Positions 18,788 through 31,040 of a DNA stretch of 64,000 nt are shown piece after piece (position 1 is the first letter of the stretch; each line of letters opens with the position of its first letter). The position numbers and the translations under genes are program-made. The DNA comes from Bdellovibrionales bacterium (GTDB taxonomy: Bacteria; Bdellovibrionota; Bdellovibrionia; Bdellovibrionales; UBA1609), in NCBI GenBank assembly GCA_965219095.1, contig CBDCMT010000001.1, forward strand, positions 2,048,001 through 2,112,000. The letters are read 5' to 3'. The notes under the pieces were generated by a model. It searched no databases, was not told the origin of the DNA, and saw only the letters and a list, made by a program, of their open reading frames with translations.

Positions 18788-21208
18788 ATGAAACCAAATA
18801 ACAATAATATAAGGAAGGCTTTAATAGCTTTATTTGCTATGGGAGCTTTAATAAATTTGGCTCCTCCCGGGAATCTGTGGGTGAAAAGTAGTAGAAATCC
18901 CCCAAAAAGGCTCATATTAATCAAAGTAAGAGTAAGACATTCTATCTTGTATTTTTGAGTTCTTTGAGGCCCTTACTGGCCTCTATCACCTCCGGTGATT
19001 GAACTCAAAAACATTCTTTTATTTGCTGTATTACATTAAAATTTTAAAAAAGAAGCACCTACTTCCCAGATGCCTTAAAATGTTATTCAAAAAAAAAAAA
19101 AAAGGAGGGAAGAGATGCTTTTGAAGACTATACTAAATGATTGTTTAAGATGGAAGTCTTTTGTATACGGAGACATTTATTTTTCAAAAGATAGAAAGTC
19201 AATTAATGTTCCTATTAAGGCTCGTAAAAATGGCCAAGCTTTTTGTAGTGTTTGTAAGAAGCCCTGTTCAGTGTATGACAGCAGTAAATCATCACGGGAC
19301 TTTGAATCCCTTCCTATTTTAAGTTACAGGGTGTTTTTTGTTTATTTTGTAAGAAGAGTTAATTGTTCTTGCTGTGGAGTAAAAGTTGAGTATTTACCTT
19401 GGGCAGATGGGAAGAAAAACCTAACAATTTTTTACATGAAGTACTTAGCTGACTGGTGTCGTCACCTGTCTTGGAAAGAGGTTTCTTGTAAGTTTCAGGT
19501 CAGTTGGAATCAGGTCTATGCTTCAGTGGAGTGGGTTGTAGAGTATGGTTTAAAACAGAGGGTTTTAAAGGGAATACAAGCTATAGGTGTAGATGAAATA
19601 CAATGGAAAAAGAACCATCAGTATCTCACCTTAGTCTATGAAATAAGCAAAGAAAGTGTTCGTTTGCTATGGATAGGAGAAAAAAGAACAGAGGAGAGTT
19701 TCAACAAGTTTTTTGATTTACTAGGAGAGAAGTCAAAAGATATACAGTTTGTGTGTTCTGATATGTGGAAGCCCTATTTAAAAGTAATAAAGGAAAGGGC
19801 AAGTCAAGCTTTGAATATATTAGATCGGTTTCATATCGTAGCAAGACTCAATAAGGCTTTAGACGAAGTGAGAGCTTCAGAACACAAAAAAATGAAAGAA
19901 GATGGGTATGAACCCCTTTTAACAAAAGCTAGATGGCCCTTGTTAAAAAATGCAGAAAATTTAAAATCTTATGAAAAAGTAAAATTAAGGCATTTAATAC
20001 AGTACAATTTAAAAAGTATCCGCTGTTATTTTTTAAAAGAAGACTTCCGACAGTTATGGACCTATGTTTCACCAACTTGGGCTGGTAAATTTATAGACAG
20101 TTGGACGAGACGAGTCATGCTTTCAAAAATTGAACCTATGAAAAGAGAAGCAAAAACCATACGAAGACATAAGCTACTTATTCTTAATTACTTCAAGGCT
20201 AAAAAAGCCTTCTCCTCAGGGATTGTAGAGGGTTTAAACAACAAAGTAAAACTCACTATGAGAAAATCTTACGGCTTTAGAACCTCTAAAGCTATAAAAA
20301 TCGCCTTATATCATAACCTTGGAAAACTGCCAGAACCTCCGGGAACCCACAGATTCTTTTGAGGAGGCATAAATTTAAGCTTTCCTGCTTTTTCTGAAGA
20401 TCTGGATCCTGAATATGTGGATTGCTCTAAATACTTTAAAAAAGAGTTAAGAGAAGTTATTTCCGAAGGAAGAATTAATCTTTTTAGAAAAATATTAGAA
20501 CAGTGTCAAGCTGAAATACCTGTGAATTATAGGATTGGTGATAAAAATGAAACTATGTTGGAATATGCCCTTGAATTTGAGCAAGAAAAAATGGCAGTAC
20601 TTCTTTTGTCATACAAAGCCAATGCGAATAATAAATCACTACAAAATGCACTTACGAAAGCAATAGAAAGTGGGGATTTAAGTTTTGCAAGATTTCTTAA
20701 TAAAAATGGTGCTGATTTAGAAAGTGTACTTATAGATGCAGTAAAGAAAGGAGATTTAAATCTTGTAAAGTCTCTTCTCGAATTTCCAGTAAGAAATGTA
20801 AATGCTAAAGATGATGACGGAATGACAGCATTTATGTATGCAGCATTTTACGGAGAACTCGATATTGTAGAGCTTCTTTCTAAAGTTAAAGGTTTAGATG
20901 TAAATGCTAAAAATGAGTACGAAAAGACAGCATTTATGTATGCAGCACGTTACGGAAATCTCGATAGTGTAAGATTTCTTTCTAAAGTTAAAGGTTTAGA
21001 TGTAAATGCTAAAGATTATGACGGAAAGACAGCATTTATGTATGCAGCAAGTTACGGACATCTCGATATTGTAAGGGTTCTTTCTAAAGTTAAAGGTTTA
21101 GATGTAAATGCTAAAGATAATAGAGGAATGACAGCATTTACGTATGCAGCAAGAGCAGGATATTCAGATGTAGTAGATTTTCTCAAAGAACTGGTATTGA
21201 AAAAGTAA
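18788..21208 (+). pseudogene. Second secreted ankyrin gene (4 canonical repeats), interrupted in its signal peptide by ISL3 copy C
   Basis: ATG AAA CCA AAT at 18788 matches the first copy; sequence resumes at 20369 (LSFPAFSED); remainder is ORF 20417-21208. Confidence 0.92.
18859..20368 (+). mobile_element. ISL3 element copy C (transposase 19115-20362)
   Basis: Both ends and 8-bp TSD ATAAATTT (18851-18858 / 20369-20376). Confidence 0.97.
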
Positions 21209-21631
21209 AGTCAGAAAACTGTATTATGAGCCTGTAAATTAAATTGTGTAACTGATTCTCACTTTAAATATCACTTCCTTGACAAACAGCCATGTATCCT
21301 TTTGAAGGTTGTTTTTTTATAAACCTAGTACAGCATAACATAGTTATGTGGGTCGGTTATTATTTTCCCTACCATTTTCTTGAGGAGTTTGTTCGTGATT
21401 AACTATCCAAAACTGTGAAAAAGTGTGTGCATTTGGCCTGAAACAAGGAAGTGTTAGTTATTGTTTTTATTCTCTTTTTAGTGTTTTCAAGAGGTTATAC
21501 AAAATAACCCCTCCCTTCAACTTGATCTGACACGTCTCGAAATGTCAAAGAGATGAAAAGAGGTTACCCTTTTAAATAAACAATACCATCCCGTTTGGCA
21601 ATAGGTTTTTCTAAATGCATTTACAGCTTTC

Positions 21632-23406
21632 TTATGTTTTTATATGACCTTTTTTTATATGAGATGATCTCAGACCAAGCCTTTCAAAAACTTGGCCTTG
21701 GATTTCATTTTGCTTTATTTTTCCAAGAGGTCCTCTAGGAAGAGAAGGAAAAAACTCCACAACTATAGAAAATTGTATTTTCAATTTGGATTTCAAACTT
21801 TTTACAATGGTTTTCTTGAAAGACGGGTCAGAATTTTTCACTGATAAAGCACAGGCAATTCTTTCTGAAAAAAACGCATCTTTAATTTTAAAAACATAAG
21901 CTTCTTTAACCTCCGGGTTTTGTAATAAAAAAGACTCAAGATCTTGTGGTGAAATGGTAATTCCAAAAATCTTTATAATGTTTTTCTTCCTTCCCAGAAA
22001 GTACAAAAAACCTTCTCGATCCTTTTTCATAAGATCTCCTGTTAAAAACCATTTCTTCCCTTCTTGAAAGACAAAGTCTATTGGCTTTTCCCAGTAGCCT
22101 TCAATCACCGTAGAGCCTGAATACATTAGTTCTCCTTCCGTATCATAGGAAAGCTCCTGTAAGTTTTCATCGACAATCTTTCCTTCCCCTATTAAGAGTT
22201 TTCCTATACTTTGATAGTTTTTTTCTTTTGCTTGCTTGGCTGTAGAACCACTCACAACTGTCCCTATCTCTGTCATTCCATAAAGGTTCAGTATGGTTTT
22301 CTTACTTTTTTCTTCAAAAATCTTCCATACTTCAGGATTCAGGTAATCTCCTGTAGAAAAAATAGATTTGAAATAAGGAATATCTTGAAATGATTTAACA
22401 AGAGCTTCCTCGTATTTTAAAAAAAACTAATTGTTACAGGATTAAGTAAGGCCACTGTTGTTTTCTTCTCTTTAAAAATAGATATAAGATTCTGAAGGCA
22501 TTTATTGATTCGTAATGAGAAGGCTTTTTGTTGGTCAGAAATAAGACTTGCGAAACTAAAAAACGTAAGCAAAATTCCTGTTAAGCAACCATCTATATGA
22601 AGAGGATCGTCTGCATTATAAAGACGAGTTGTTTCATCAAAATTCAGAGTTTTTTTTAATAAATCCATTTGAATAAGAATATTTTTTCTATTCATAGGGG
22701 CCAGTTTTGATGGCCCTGTCGTCCCTGAAGACATAAGCACCCATAAGGGGTTATTTTCTAAAGCAGAATCACTTAAGTTATTGAAATGAAAAGATCGATC
22801 GTTTTTTTTCTTAAAGGACATTCTGGAAAAACATGTAAGATTATTTTTGAGATGCTTTTTAGATTGAAAAAGAGACTTCAACATATCAAAACAATTTTTC
22901 TCATGAAAAGTTGTTTCATCCAACAAATAAAAAAACTGAGGTCTTTCTTTCATTTTACAAAAAATAGATTTATCTATAAAAACAACTAAGTCTTTAAGAA
23001 GAGGGTGTTCTGTAATATTTTCTACAAGCATAGGAGGAACAAGAATAGGGCAAACCCCCTCCCTAATACAGGATAAAATCAAAACACTTGATTCTCTATA
23101 GGAATTTGAACATATGATCACTTTACTTTGAGCTTGAATCTTAGTTTTTTTGAAAAACCGATTAAGGATTTTAAGACATTCAAAGGTTTTCTTATACGTA
23201 AGAGGAGGTGATGGAGAAGAGTCAACAAAAACTTTGTTTTGATAGAGGCATTTTTTTTCTATAACTTCAAAAAGCTCAACCCAATCCTTCATGCCCTTTT
23301 CCTCTACCTTCATACCCTCTCCTTCTTGGTCTTTGTATTCTTTGATGATTTTAACAAAATCCTCTAGTTTTTCAACACTCACAATCTTTCTTATACTTAA
23401 AGTCAA
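21632..23406 (-). pseudogene. AMP-dependent acyl-CoA synthetase/ligase split by one frameshift
   Basis: SSGTTGPSK, YGMTE, TGDL..D..GFLYFLGRKK and LPRGPLGKI motifs; frame break at the T8 run 22419-22426. Confidence 0.85.
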
Positions 23407-23419
23407 CTCTAGGGGGTGA

Positions 23420-23878
23420 GAGTCAATTGATTTAATATGGTAACCTTAGTTCAAGAAAGGGAGTGAAGGATAGCTAAGAAGATATGAATTAACAACTAAA
23501 ACATGGAAGAAGATAGAGTTTTTACTTCCTGGTCGGAAAAAGACAGTAGGAGTTAGAAGCAAAAAACAACCGACAATTTGTTAACTTAAGTCCTATAGAT
23601 TTTGAGGACTGGAGCCTCTTGGAGGTTTCTTCAGGAACGTTATGGACACTGGAAGAACATCCACCCTCGTTTCACTCGTTGGGAGAAATCTGGAATTTTT
23701 AAAGAAGATTTTTTCTCATCTTATAAAAGATTCTAAAAATGAATATCTTTCTATTGATAGCACTATAGTACGAGCTCATCAGCATTCTTCTGGTGCAAAA
23801 AAGAAGCAAAAAAAAAGAAGACTTTGGGATACTCCAGAGGAGGTTTAAGTACAAAAATTCATTTTGTAAGTGATAGCT
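23420..23878 (+). pseudogene. Degenerate IS5-family transposase
   Basis: Fragments ILRTGASW, YLSIDSTIVRAHQHSSGAKK, GYSRGGLSTKIH across frames. Confidence 0.75.
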
Positions 23879-23999
23879 TAGTCGAACGTGAAAAATTGCC
23901 AAAAATCTAGGTTAGTCGAATGTAAAAAAGTGTTTTTATGATTTTTTTAGATATCATTCGAGGAAAGTTTTTTTAATCCCTAAGAAAATCATGAACTTT

Positions 24000-24252
24000 G
24001 AGCCTGTAAATCATCTATAAAAAAGAAAAAATACTTCTCCATTTACAAAAAATATAAAAAATTTTTTTTGCATACGGTCACGAATATTCTAATTATCTAA
24101 GAGAAAACTTCCTGCATTTCCTTTCCATTTTTAATGACTCTTCCTTTACACATTGTAAAACAAACATATTCTTATTATGCGTCTATCTGAACCTTTTTTA
24201 GTTTTAAATCATGAATTCCAAAGATTTAAAACCTTAGATTATAGTAAATTTC
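24000..24252. repeat. About 250-bp segment repeated in inverted orientation at about 44415-44660 (includes an IS903-like end)
   Basis: Direct sequence match, e.g. aaatttactataatctaaggttttaaatctttggaattcatg. Confidence 0.8.
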
Positions 24253-24310
24253 AGGAATAGAGGATGTGCTATTCGTCGAAATGAATTTTTTATAAATATC
24301 ACTCTAATTA

Positions 24311-26690
24311 ACCTAAATTCGGGGTTAAAAATATACACTACAGTTGTCATTTTACAAGGTGTTTATCCACGGCTTTGAGTATTTTTTCTTGAGATTTACT
24401 CAATGTGACTATTTTAGAGAACATATGGCGTTTTTTCTTGTCCTCCATATAAACTTTGTACACACTTCCCAATTCTTTTAGTGCTTCTTCAGGAGATATC
24501 TTAAGATTGTTTAAACTTAACTTTAGAACGGACAGCAAAAGATAGGATAAATAACATATAAAAACATGAGCGATAACTCGGTTATACAACCAATGTCGAA
24601 TCGGACGCAGATGAGTGATTCCTTTTAAAGTCTTAAATGCTTTTTCTATAATATCTTTGTCAAAATATAATTTTAACATGTCTCTGTCAGGGATATTTTT
24701 TGTAGAAAATAAACAAAAATAGCCGTCAAATTCTTCTGCCTTTTCTAATTCTTGTTTTCTAATTCTTCCTTGAGACGTCAAGTATTTTTCTAAGCCCGTC
24801 TTTATAGGCTTTCCTTGAAGAATTTGGTTTTGAGCATGTTCTATCTCATGGTGACGGGATTCTTTTATCTCTACTTTTCTGCGCTCATTGAAACAAATAG
24901 CCAACTTCCCTTTTATCTTACCTAGCTTATAAGGAAAGCTCTTGATATAAAAAGTGTTTTTACCAAGCCTTGCCATGTTAGAAACATGACTTATAGGTTT
25001 TGTCTTTAGGGCTTTTCTAAGCACTTTTTTTTCTCGATCTTTTAAAGGAAGACCACATAAGCTATTCCACCCCAAGCCTTTTATCCCCTCTATATTCTGT
25101 CGAGATGTTACCCCTCTGTCTGATACAAAAACACCTGAGCGAAGATTATAGCTAGAAAAACTTTTAATAAGAGAAAATAGAGCCTTACTGTCATGTATGT
25201 TTCCATTGAAGGTTTTATGAAAAACGGGGATGCCTTCCTTTTGAGTTGTTGCAAGGCCTATTTGAATAAGAGGCTTTGATTTCCCATCCTTGCTTTTTCC
25301 AAGCTTAGCAAGCTGGCATTTTGTCCCATACAAATAAGTATTGGTCACATCATAAACGATTCCCTTTGTGGACAGATCATATAGTGTTTCCGTTTAGGTT
25401 TTCAGGTTCCTAAGATGGAGAAGTTATCAGTTATCAAAGTTTCTAATTTAGGCCTGTGTTTTCGTATTCCTCTAAAAAATTGACTTAAACTTCCCTTGAA
25501 ATCGTCATAGTTTTCATAATATCGATTCGCTGTGACCTCTTTTTTCATAAACTTCCAAAGTCTTTCTATAGGATTTAAATTCGGTGAGTACGGAGGAAGA
25601 TAAACAAGTTTTATATTCAACTCTTTCGCTAACTTCTTGACAGACTTCGATCTATTGTATCCGGCCCCATCTAAGATAAGATGAATCTCTTTTTCATCGG
25701 AATACTTCTTAATGAATATGATAGAGCATATCACATAGAAAAACTTCGTTAACTGTCTTATAACTCCTGACTACCGTCTTCAAACTATTGATCTCAATAG
25801 CTCCACAAACATTCACTCTTTTTCTCCAGCCTGAATTGGTCTTCACTTCAAACTTCTTACCCTCTCTTATCCAACCATATGAAATCGTAGGGCCCCACTC
25901 AGGATGTGTGGAATCAGCAAAGTAAACAGGACCGTCTTTCTTCTTAATTCTCTTGTATTTACGCACAAACTTTTCCTGCTCTTCTTTCTTTGCCTTACCC
26001 GGTATCGCTGTGGCTTTTTTATAAGAAAAACCAAGGCGATGGAGAAGATCAATCACACCACTTGTTGAGTACGTAACACTAAAATTCTCCTCAATGAATT
26101 GGATGACAGACTGTGATGATGGAAAAATTCTTTTCTCTAATTCCTTTAAAAGCATTTTCTCCTCTTTCTTAGTTAAAAAGGACCTTTTAGGGTTGTAATT
26201 GTCGTTGATTAAGCACTCTATCCCGCCTTTGTTATAACGATCTCTACAGGCTCTTATCGTGCCCTCATCAATGAAAAGAAAACGGGAAATATCTTTACAC
26301 AACTCACCTTTATCTAAATGGAGAATTGTCATAATCCTTTTTACGTATTTAAGATTTTTCTCTAGAGATAGTTCATAGAGTAAATCTTTTCGCTCTTTTT
26401 TTGATAGAAACCCTGACATATGAAACTATTTTTTAAAATAAATGACTTTTTATCAAGGCCTTAGAATAAAAACTAGACCTCAACTCAAAAAAAACGGAAA
26501 ACCTAAGCGGAAGCACTATATATATTTTTTACGGTATTAAAAATATCTCTTTAAAGATGTCGCTCTATTCTTTCTTCAGTTAAAGAGTTTAAAGCTGACA
26601 ATAGACGTTCTTCTGTTAAACCTTCTAAATCCAAAATAGTATTTAAGTCCGTTCTGGAAAACCAGTCTGGCATATTATTAACGCTTTGGT
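24311..26690 (-). mobile_element. IS1634 element, 5'-truncated and interrupted by IS630 (C-terminal ORF 25348-24347)
   Basis: YDVTNTYLYG, SDRG, IEKAFKTLK, RPIRHW motifs; TIR acctaaattcgggg at 24311; coding continues at 26519-26690. Confidence 0.88.
25382..26518 (-). mobile_element. IS630 lineage 1 copy (ORFs 26419-25709 and 25734-25402)
   Basis: TIRs and TA target; FADSTHP, LILDGAGY, LPPYSPNLNPIE motifs. Confidence 0.95.
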
Positions 26691-26695
26691 AATTT

Positions 26696-27788
26696 ACCTA
26701 AACTCGTGACTAAAAATGTACACTACAAAGCTATAATTTCCTATTTTCCATAAAAATCTCAGTTTTCATAGGGGAATTTTCAATTTTTAGATAAAATCAC
26801 AAAAAATAACTTGCCTTGCATTTTCCTTTATAGTGTAATATATTACACTATAGGAGGGAGAAATATGAGCTTTATCAGAAGAATAAAAAGAGGAAAGGTA
26901 ACATATCTTGCAGAAGTAGAGAACAAAAGGGTCGATGGAAAAGTTATCCAAAAGCATATTCGGTACATCGGGAAGGAAGAGAATGGTGAAACTGTAATTT
27001 CAATGAGTTCATCTGATCTTGAAATAAAAAAGGTCAAGGTTTATGGTCCTTTGCTTGTTTTAGATAAAATAGCTAGAGAAATAGATTTGCAAAAATCTCT
27101 TGGCCAATACTCCAATGAAATATTAAGCATGGTCTATGCTCACTGTTTAGATTACAAAAGCCTTAGAAAAATGCCAAAATGGTATGAGAGAACAGATTTA
27201 AACACTTTGCTAAATTTAGAGGATCTAACCGAAAGTCGTTTGCTTTCTGCTCTAGATTCTTTAGAGAGTGATCCAGAAAATTTACAGAAGAAAATATTTC
27301 AAGGTGTTCAGAAAAGGTACAATCTTGAGCTAAAAGGGTTGGTGTACGATGTTACCAATACATACCTTTATGGTAGCAAATGTCAGCTTGGAAAATTAGG
27401 AAAGAGTAAGGATGGGAAACGTGGAAATCCTTTGATTCAAATTGGTTTGGTGACAACTCAAAAAGAAGGAATACCAGTGTTTCATAAAACTTTTAGTGGA
27501 AACATACACGATAGCAGGACTCTACTAAGTTTATCCGATGGATTTGCAAACTATGGACTAATAAGAGAATCTCGTTTGGACGAAATTGCAAACGCACAAA
27601 TTCTTTTGTCTAAAAATATAAAACCAGGTTTGGAAAAATACCTTACTCCAACAGGAAGATTAAGGAGAGATCGGTTGAATTTAGAATCTGAGTTTGATGG
27701 TTACTCTTGTATATTTTCTACAAAAAAGATCTCTGCAAAAGATATTGTTAATTTGTACTATAAGAAAGAGGTAATCGAAAAATTTTTT
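26696..27788 (+). mobile_element. Second IS1634-type element, internally deleted and truncated by ISL3 copy D (ORF from 26865)
   Basis: TIR acctaaactcgtgac; MSFIRRIKRG...YDVTNTYLYG; SDRG region missing. Confidence 0.85.
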
Positions 27789-29306
27789 GGCTCCTCCCGG
27801 GAATCTGTGGGTGAAAAGTAGTAGAAATCCCCCAAAAAGGCTCATATTAATCAAAGCAAGAGTAAGACATCCTATCTTGTATTTTTGAGTTCTTTGAGGC
27901 CCTTACTGGCCTCTATCACCTCCGGTGATTGAACTCAAAAACATTCATTTTATTTGCTTTTATTTGCTGTGTTACATTAAAATTTTAAAAAAGAAGCACC
28001 TACTTCCCAGATGCCTTAAAATGTTATTCAAAAAAAAAAAAGGAGGGAAGAGATGCTTTTGAAGACTATACTAAATGATTGTTTAAGATGGAAGTCTTTT
28101 GTATACGGAGACATTTATTTTTCAAAAGATAGAAAGTCAATTAATGTTCCTATTAAGGCTCGTAAAAATGGCCAAGCTTTTTGTAGTGTTTGTAAGAAGC
28201 CCTGTTCAGTGTATGACAGCAGTAAATCATCACGGGACTTTGAATCCCTTCCTATTTTAAGTTACAGGGTGTTTTTTGTTTATTTTGTAAGAAGAGTTAA
28301 TTGTTCTTGCTGTGGAGTAAAAGTTGAGTATTTACCTTGGGCCGATGGGAAGAAAAACCTAACAATTTTTTACATGAAGTACTTAGCTGACTGGTGTCGT
28401 CACCTGTCTTGGAAAGAGGTTTCTTGTAAGTTTCATGTCAGTTGGAATCAGGTCTATGCTTCGGTAGAATGGGTCGTAGAATATGGTTTAAAACAAAGGG
28501 TTTTAAAGGGAATACAAGCTATAGGTGTAGATGAAATACAATGGAAAAAGAACCATCAGTATCTCACCTTAGTCTATGAAATAAGCAAAGAAAGTGTTCG
28601 TTTGCTATGGATAGGAGAAAAAAGAACAGAGGAGAGTTTCAACAAGTTTTTTGATTTACTAGGAGAGAAGTCAAAAGATATACAGTTTGTGTGTTCTGAT
28701 ATGTGGAAGCCCTATTTAAAAGTAATAAAGGAAAGGGCAAGTCAAGCTTTGAATATATTAGATCGGTTTCATATCGTAGCAAGACTCAATAAGGCTTTAG
28801 ACGAAGTGAGAGCTTCAGAACACAAAAAAATGAAAGAAGATGGGTATGAACCCCTTTTAACAAAAGCTAGATGGCCCTTGTTAAAAAATGCAGAAAATTT
28901 AAAATCTTATGAAAAAGTAAAATTAAGGCATTTAATACAGTACAATTTAAAAAGTATCCGCTGTTATTTTTTAAAAGAAGACTTCCGACAGTTATGGACC
29001 TATGTTTCACCAACTTGGTCTGGTAAATTTATAGACAGTTGGACGAGACGAGTCATGCTTTCAAAAATTGAACCTATGAAAAGAGAAGCAAAAACCATAC
29101 GAAGACATAAGCTACTTATTCTTAATTACTTCAAGGCTAAAAAAACCTTCTCCTCAGGGATTGTAGAGGGTTTAAACAACAAAGTAAAACTCACTATGAG
29201 AAAATCTTACGGCTTTAGAACCTCTAAAGCTATAAAAATCGCCTTATATCATAACCTTGGAAAACTGCCAGAACCTCCGGGAACCCACAGATTCTTTTGA
29301 GGAGGC
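27789..29306 (+). mobile_element. ISL3 element copy D (transposase 28053-29300)
   Basis: Both ends present; near-identical transposase; no TSD. Confidence 0.95.
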
Positions 29307-29562
29307 ATTTATAAATAAAGTCTTGAAATCCTATTTTACATCTTTTTTTTGCTTTTTCCTTTTTTTCGAGTAAGCCTTCACAAAAATACAGGCTTAATCG
29401 AAAAAAAGGGAAAACACCCTTTGAGGCCTTAAAAACCAGGCCAGATAAAGGGTTTAGAATTTGTCTCGGGAAGCTCACTCCTTCTGCAAGTACTTTAGGG
29501 TCACTATCATGGCTTAAACCAGTGACCTGTCTTTTTGATTTACCGTCGACAAAAGATTTAGT

Positions 29563-29628
29563 TATACCAATTACAAAATTTCAATGACTTAGAAAAAAAT
29601 GTCGAATTAATTTTTGTAATTGGTATTA
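29563..29628. mobile_element. 66-bp MITE of IS630 lineage 2
   Basis: TATACCAATTACAAAA...TTTTGTAATTGGTATTA, same ends as the element at 41104-42513. Confidence 0.75.
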
Positions 29629-29800
29629 TTTTAGCCTTTTAGAATTAAACCCCTCCATAAGGAAGGTATCATGTCCAAAGATTGCAATAGAGAGCATAAA
29701 ATTTTTCATGTTAATCTCATCATAACCTTTAAAGTTAGGGCGAGCTATTCAAACAAAAAAAGAGCGGAAGGTCTTTGAGCTTTCTTAATCTTTAGAACAC

Positions 29801-30547
29801 TTAAGAACCTTGAAATCCTATTTTTTTAAAGTAACCTGCCGATCCTGAAACAGAAAAAGGGAAAGCCAGTAAAGGGCCTAAAACAGGCAGAAGATTGGCC
29901 AAACAAAGAAAAAAGCCTAAACCTAAAAAAAAGGGAAAATATTGTTTTAAAAAGGACAGCCTTTGAAAAAAGTTTTTTCCTAAAACTTCAAATGAATAAT
30001 CCATAGAATCATAGGCTAAAACAAAGAAAGGCCAAAAAAGAAGAGGCCAACTGAGAAAAGAGAAAAAGAATGAAAAAAATAAAATAAAAAGAAAAAAAAC
30101 AGAAAAAATAAAAATTTTTATGAGAGAAGCCCATGTCATTTTCAAAACAAGAAGGAGAGATTGCATAAGGGAAAACTTTTGGTTGATGAAGCCTTCTTTC
30201 CTTAAAGTATTTTCAGCCAGAAGAGAATAAAAGGGAGATGCTACTAAAGTGTGTAAAGAATAAAAACTATAAAAAAACAGAAAAAATAAAACAAAAAATA
30301 AAGTCAGTTTAACAAAAGGAAAGATCCAATATGAAAAAAAAGAAAGAGTAGAAAAAGAAAGAATAGGAAAAGAAAGAATAGGAAGAGAAAGAATCCAAAA
30401 ACCAAGAAACACAATAAGAAGTAAAATTACAAAATCTAATAGAAAAGGAAGAAGAAACCAACTCCATAAACTTTTATGCCTCTTAAAAACCTTAAAGCCC
30501 CTATAAGTTGTAAAAAACCCATCTAAAAACCCTTCTTTGAAACTCAT
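29801..30547 (-). CDS. CysZ/EI24-domain membrane protein
   Basis: Multiple TM helices; LVASPFYSLLAE and YDSMDYSF motifs; near sulfur amino-acid genes. Confidence 0.75.
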   Translation of the reverse strand: MSFKEGFLDGFFTTYRGFKVFKRHKSLWSWFLLPFLLDFVILLLIVFLGFWILSLPILSFPILSFSTLSFFSYWIFPFVKLTLFFVLFFLFFYSFYSLHTLVASPFYSLLAENTLRKEGFINQKFSLMQSLLLVLKMTWASLIKIFIFSVFFLFILFFSFFFSFLSWPLLFWPFFVLAYDSMDYSFEVLGKNFFQRLSFLKQYFPFFLGLGFFLCLANLLPVLGPLLAFPFSVSGSAGYFKKIGFQGS

Positions 30548-30699
30548 AATCTGTCTCCCTTATACTACATACAGTTAAAAAAATAGACACATGGACTTCC
30601 CCTGTTTCTGCGGACAGTCATTTTTTTCTTAAAGTCTCCGTGAAATAGGGGTAAAAGAAAGGTAGAGATCAAAGAGTCTCGTTATTCTGAGATAGAATA

Positions 30700-31040
30700 T
30701 GCTCAGAACCAAATTCTTTGAGCAAAGCCTATAAAGACCGGGTTAGAGAAATATTTAACTTCTCAAGGGAGAATTAGAAAACAAAAGTTAGAAAGAGCAG
30801 AAAAGTTTTACGGCTATTTTTGTTTGTTTTCTACAAAAAACATTTCTGGTAGAGAATGTTAAAACTCTATTTTGATAAGGATGTTATAGAAAGAGCCCTT
30901 AAGATTGATTTTAAAAAGAATCACTCATTTGCGTCCCATTCGTCATTGGTTATACGACAGAGTTATTGCACATGTTTTCATATGCTACTTATCATATCTT
31001 TTGTTATCTATTCTAAAGTTAAATTTAAAGGATCTTAATA
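30700..31040 (+). pseudogene. IS1634 transposase 3' remnant
   Basis: Degenerate match to 24500-24860 (GLEKYLTSQGRIRKQ, MLKLYFDKD, RPIRHWLY). Confidence 0.8.

Noticed and set aside
26829..26852. 24-bp palindrome TATAGTGTAATATATTACACTATA as a host regulatory or dif site
   Set aside because: It is part of the IS1634 leader (related sequence in the MITE near 3236) and does not match a dif consensus
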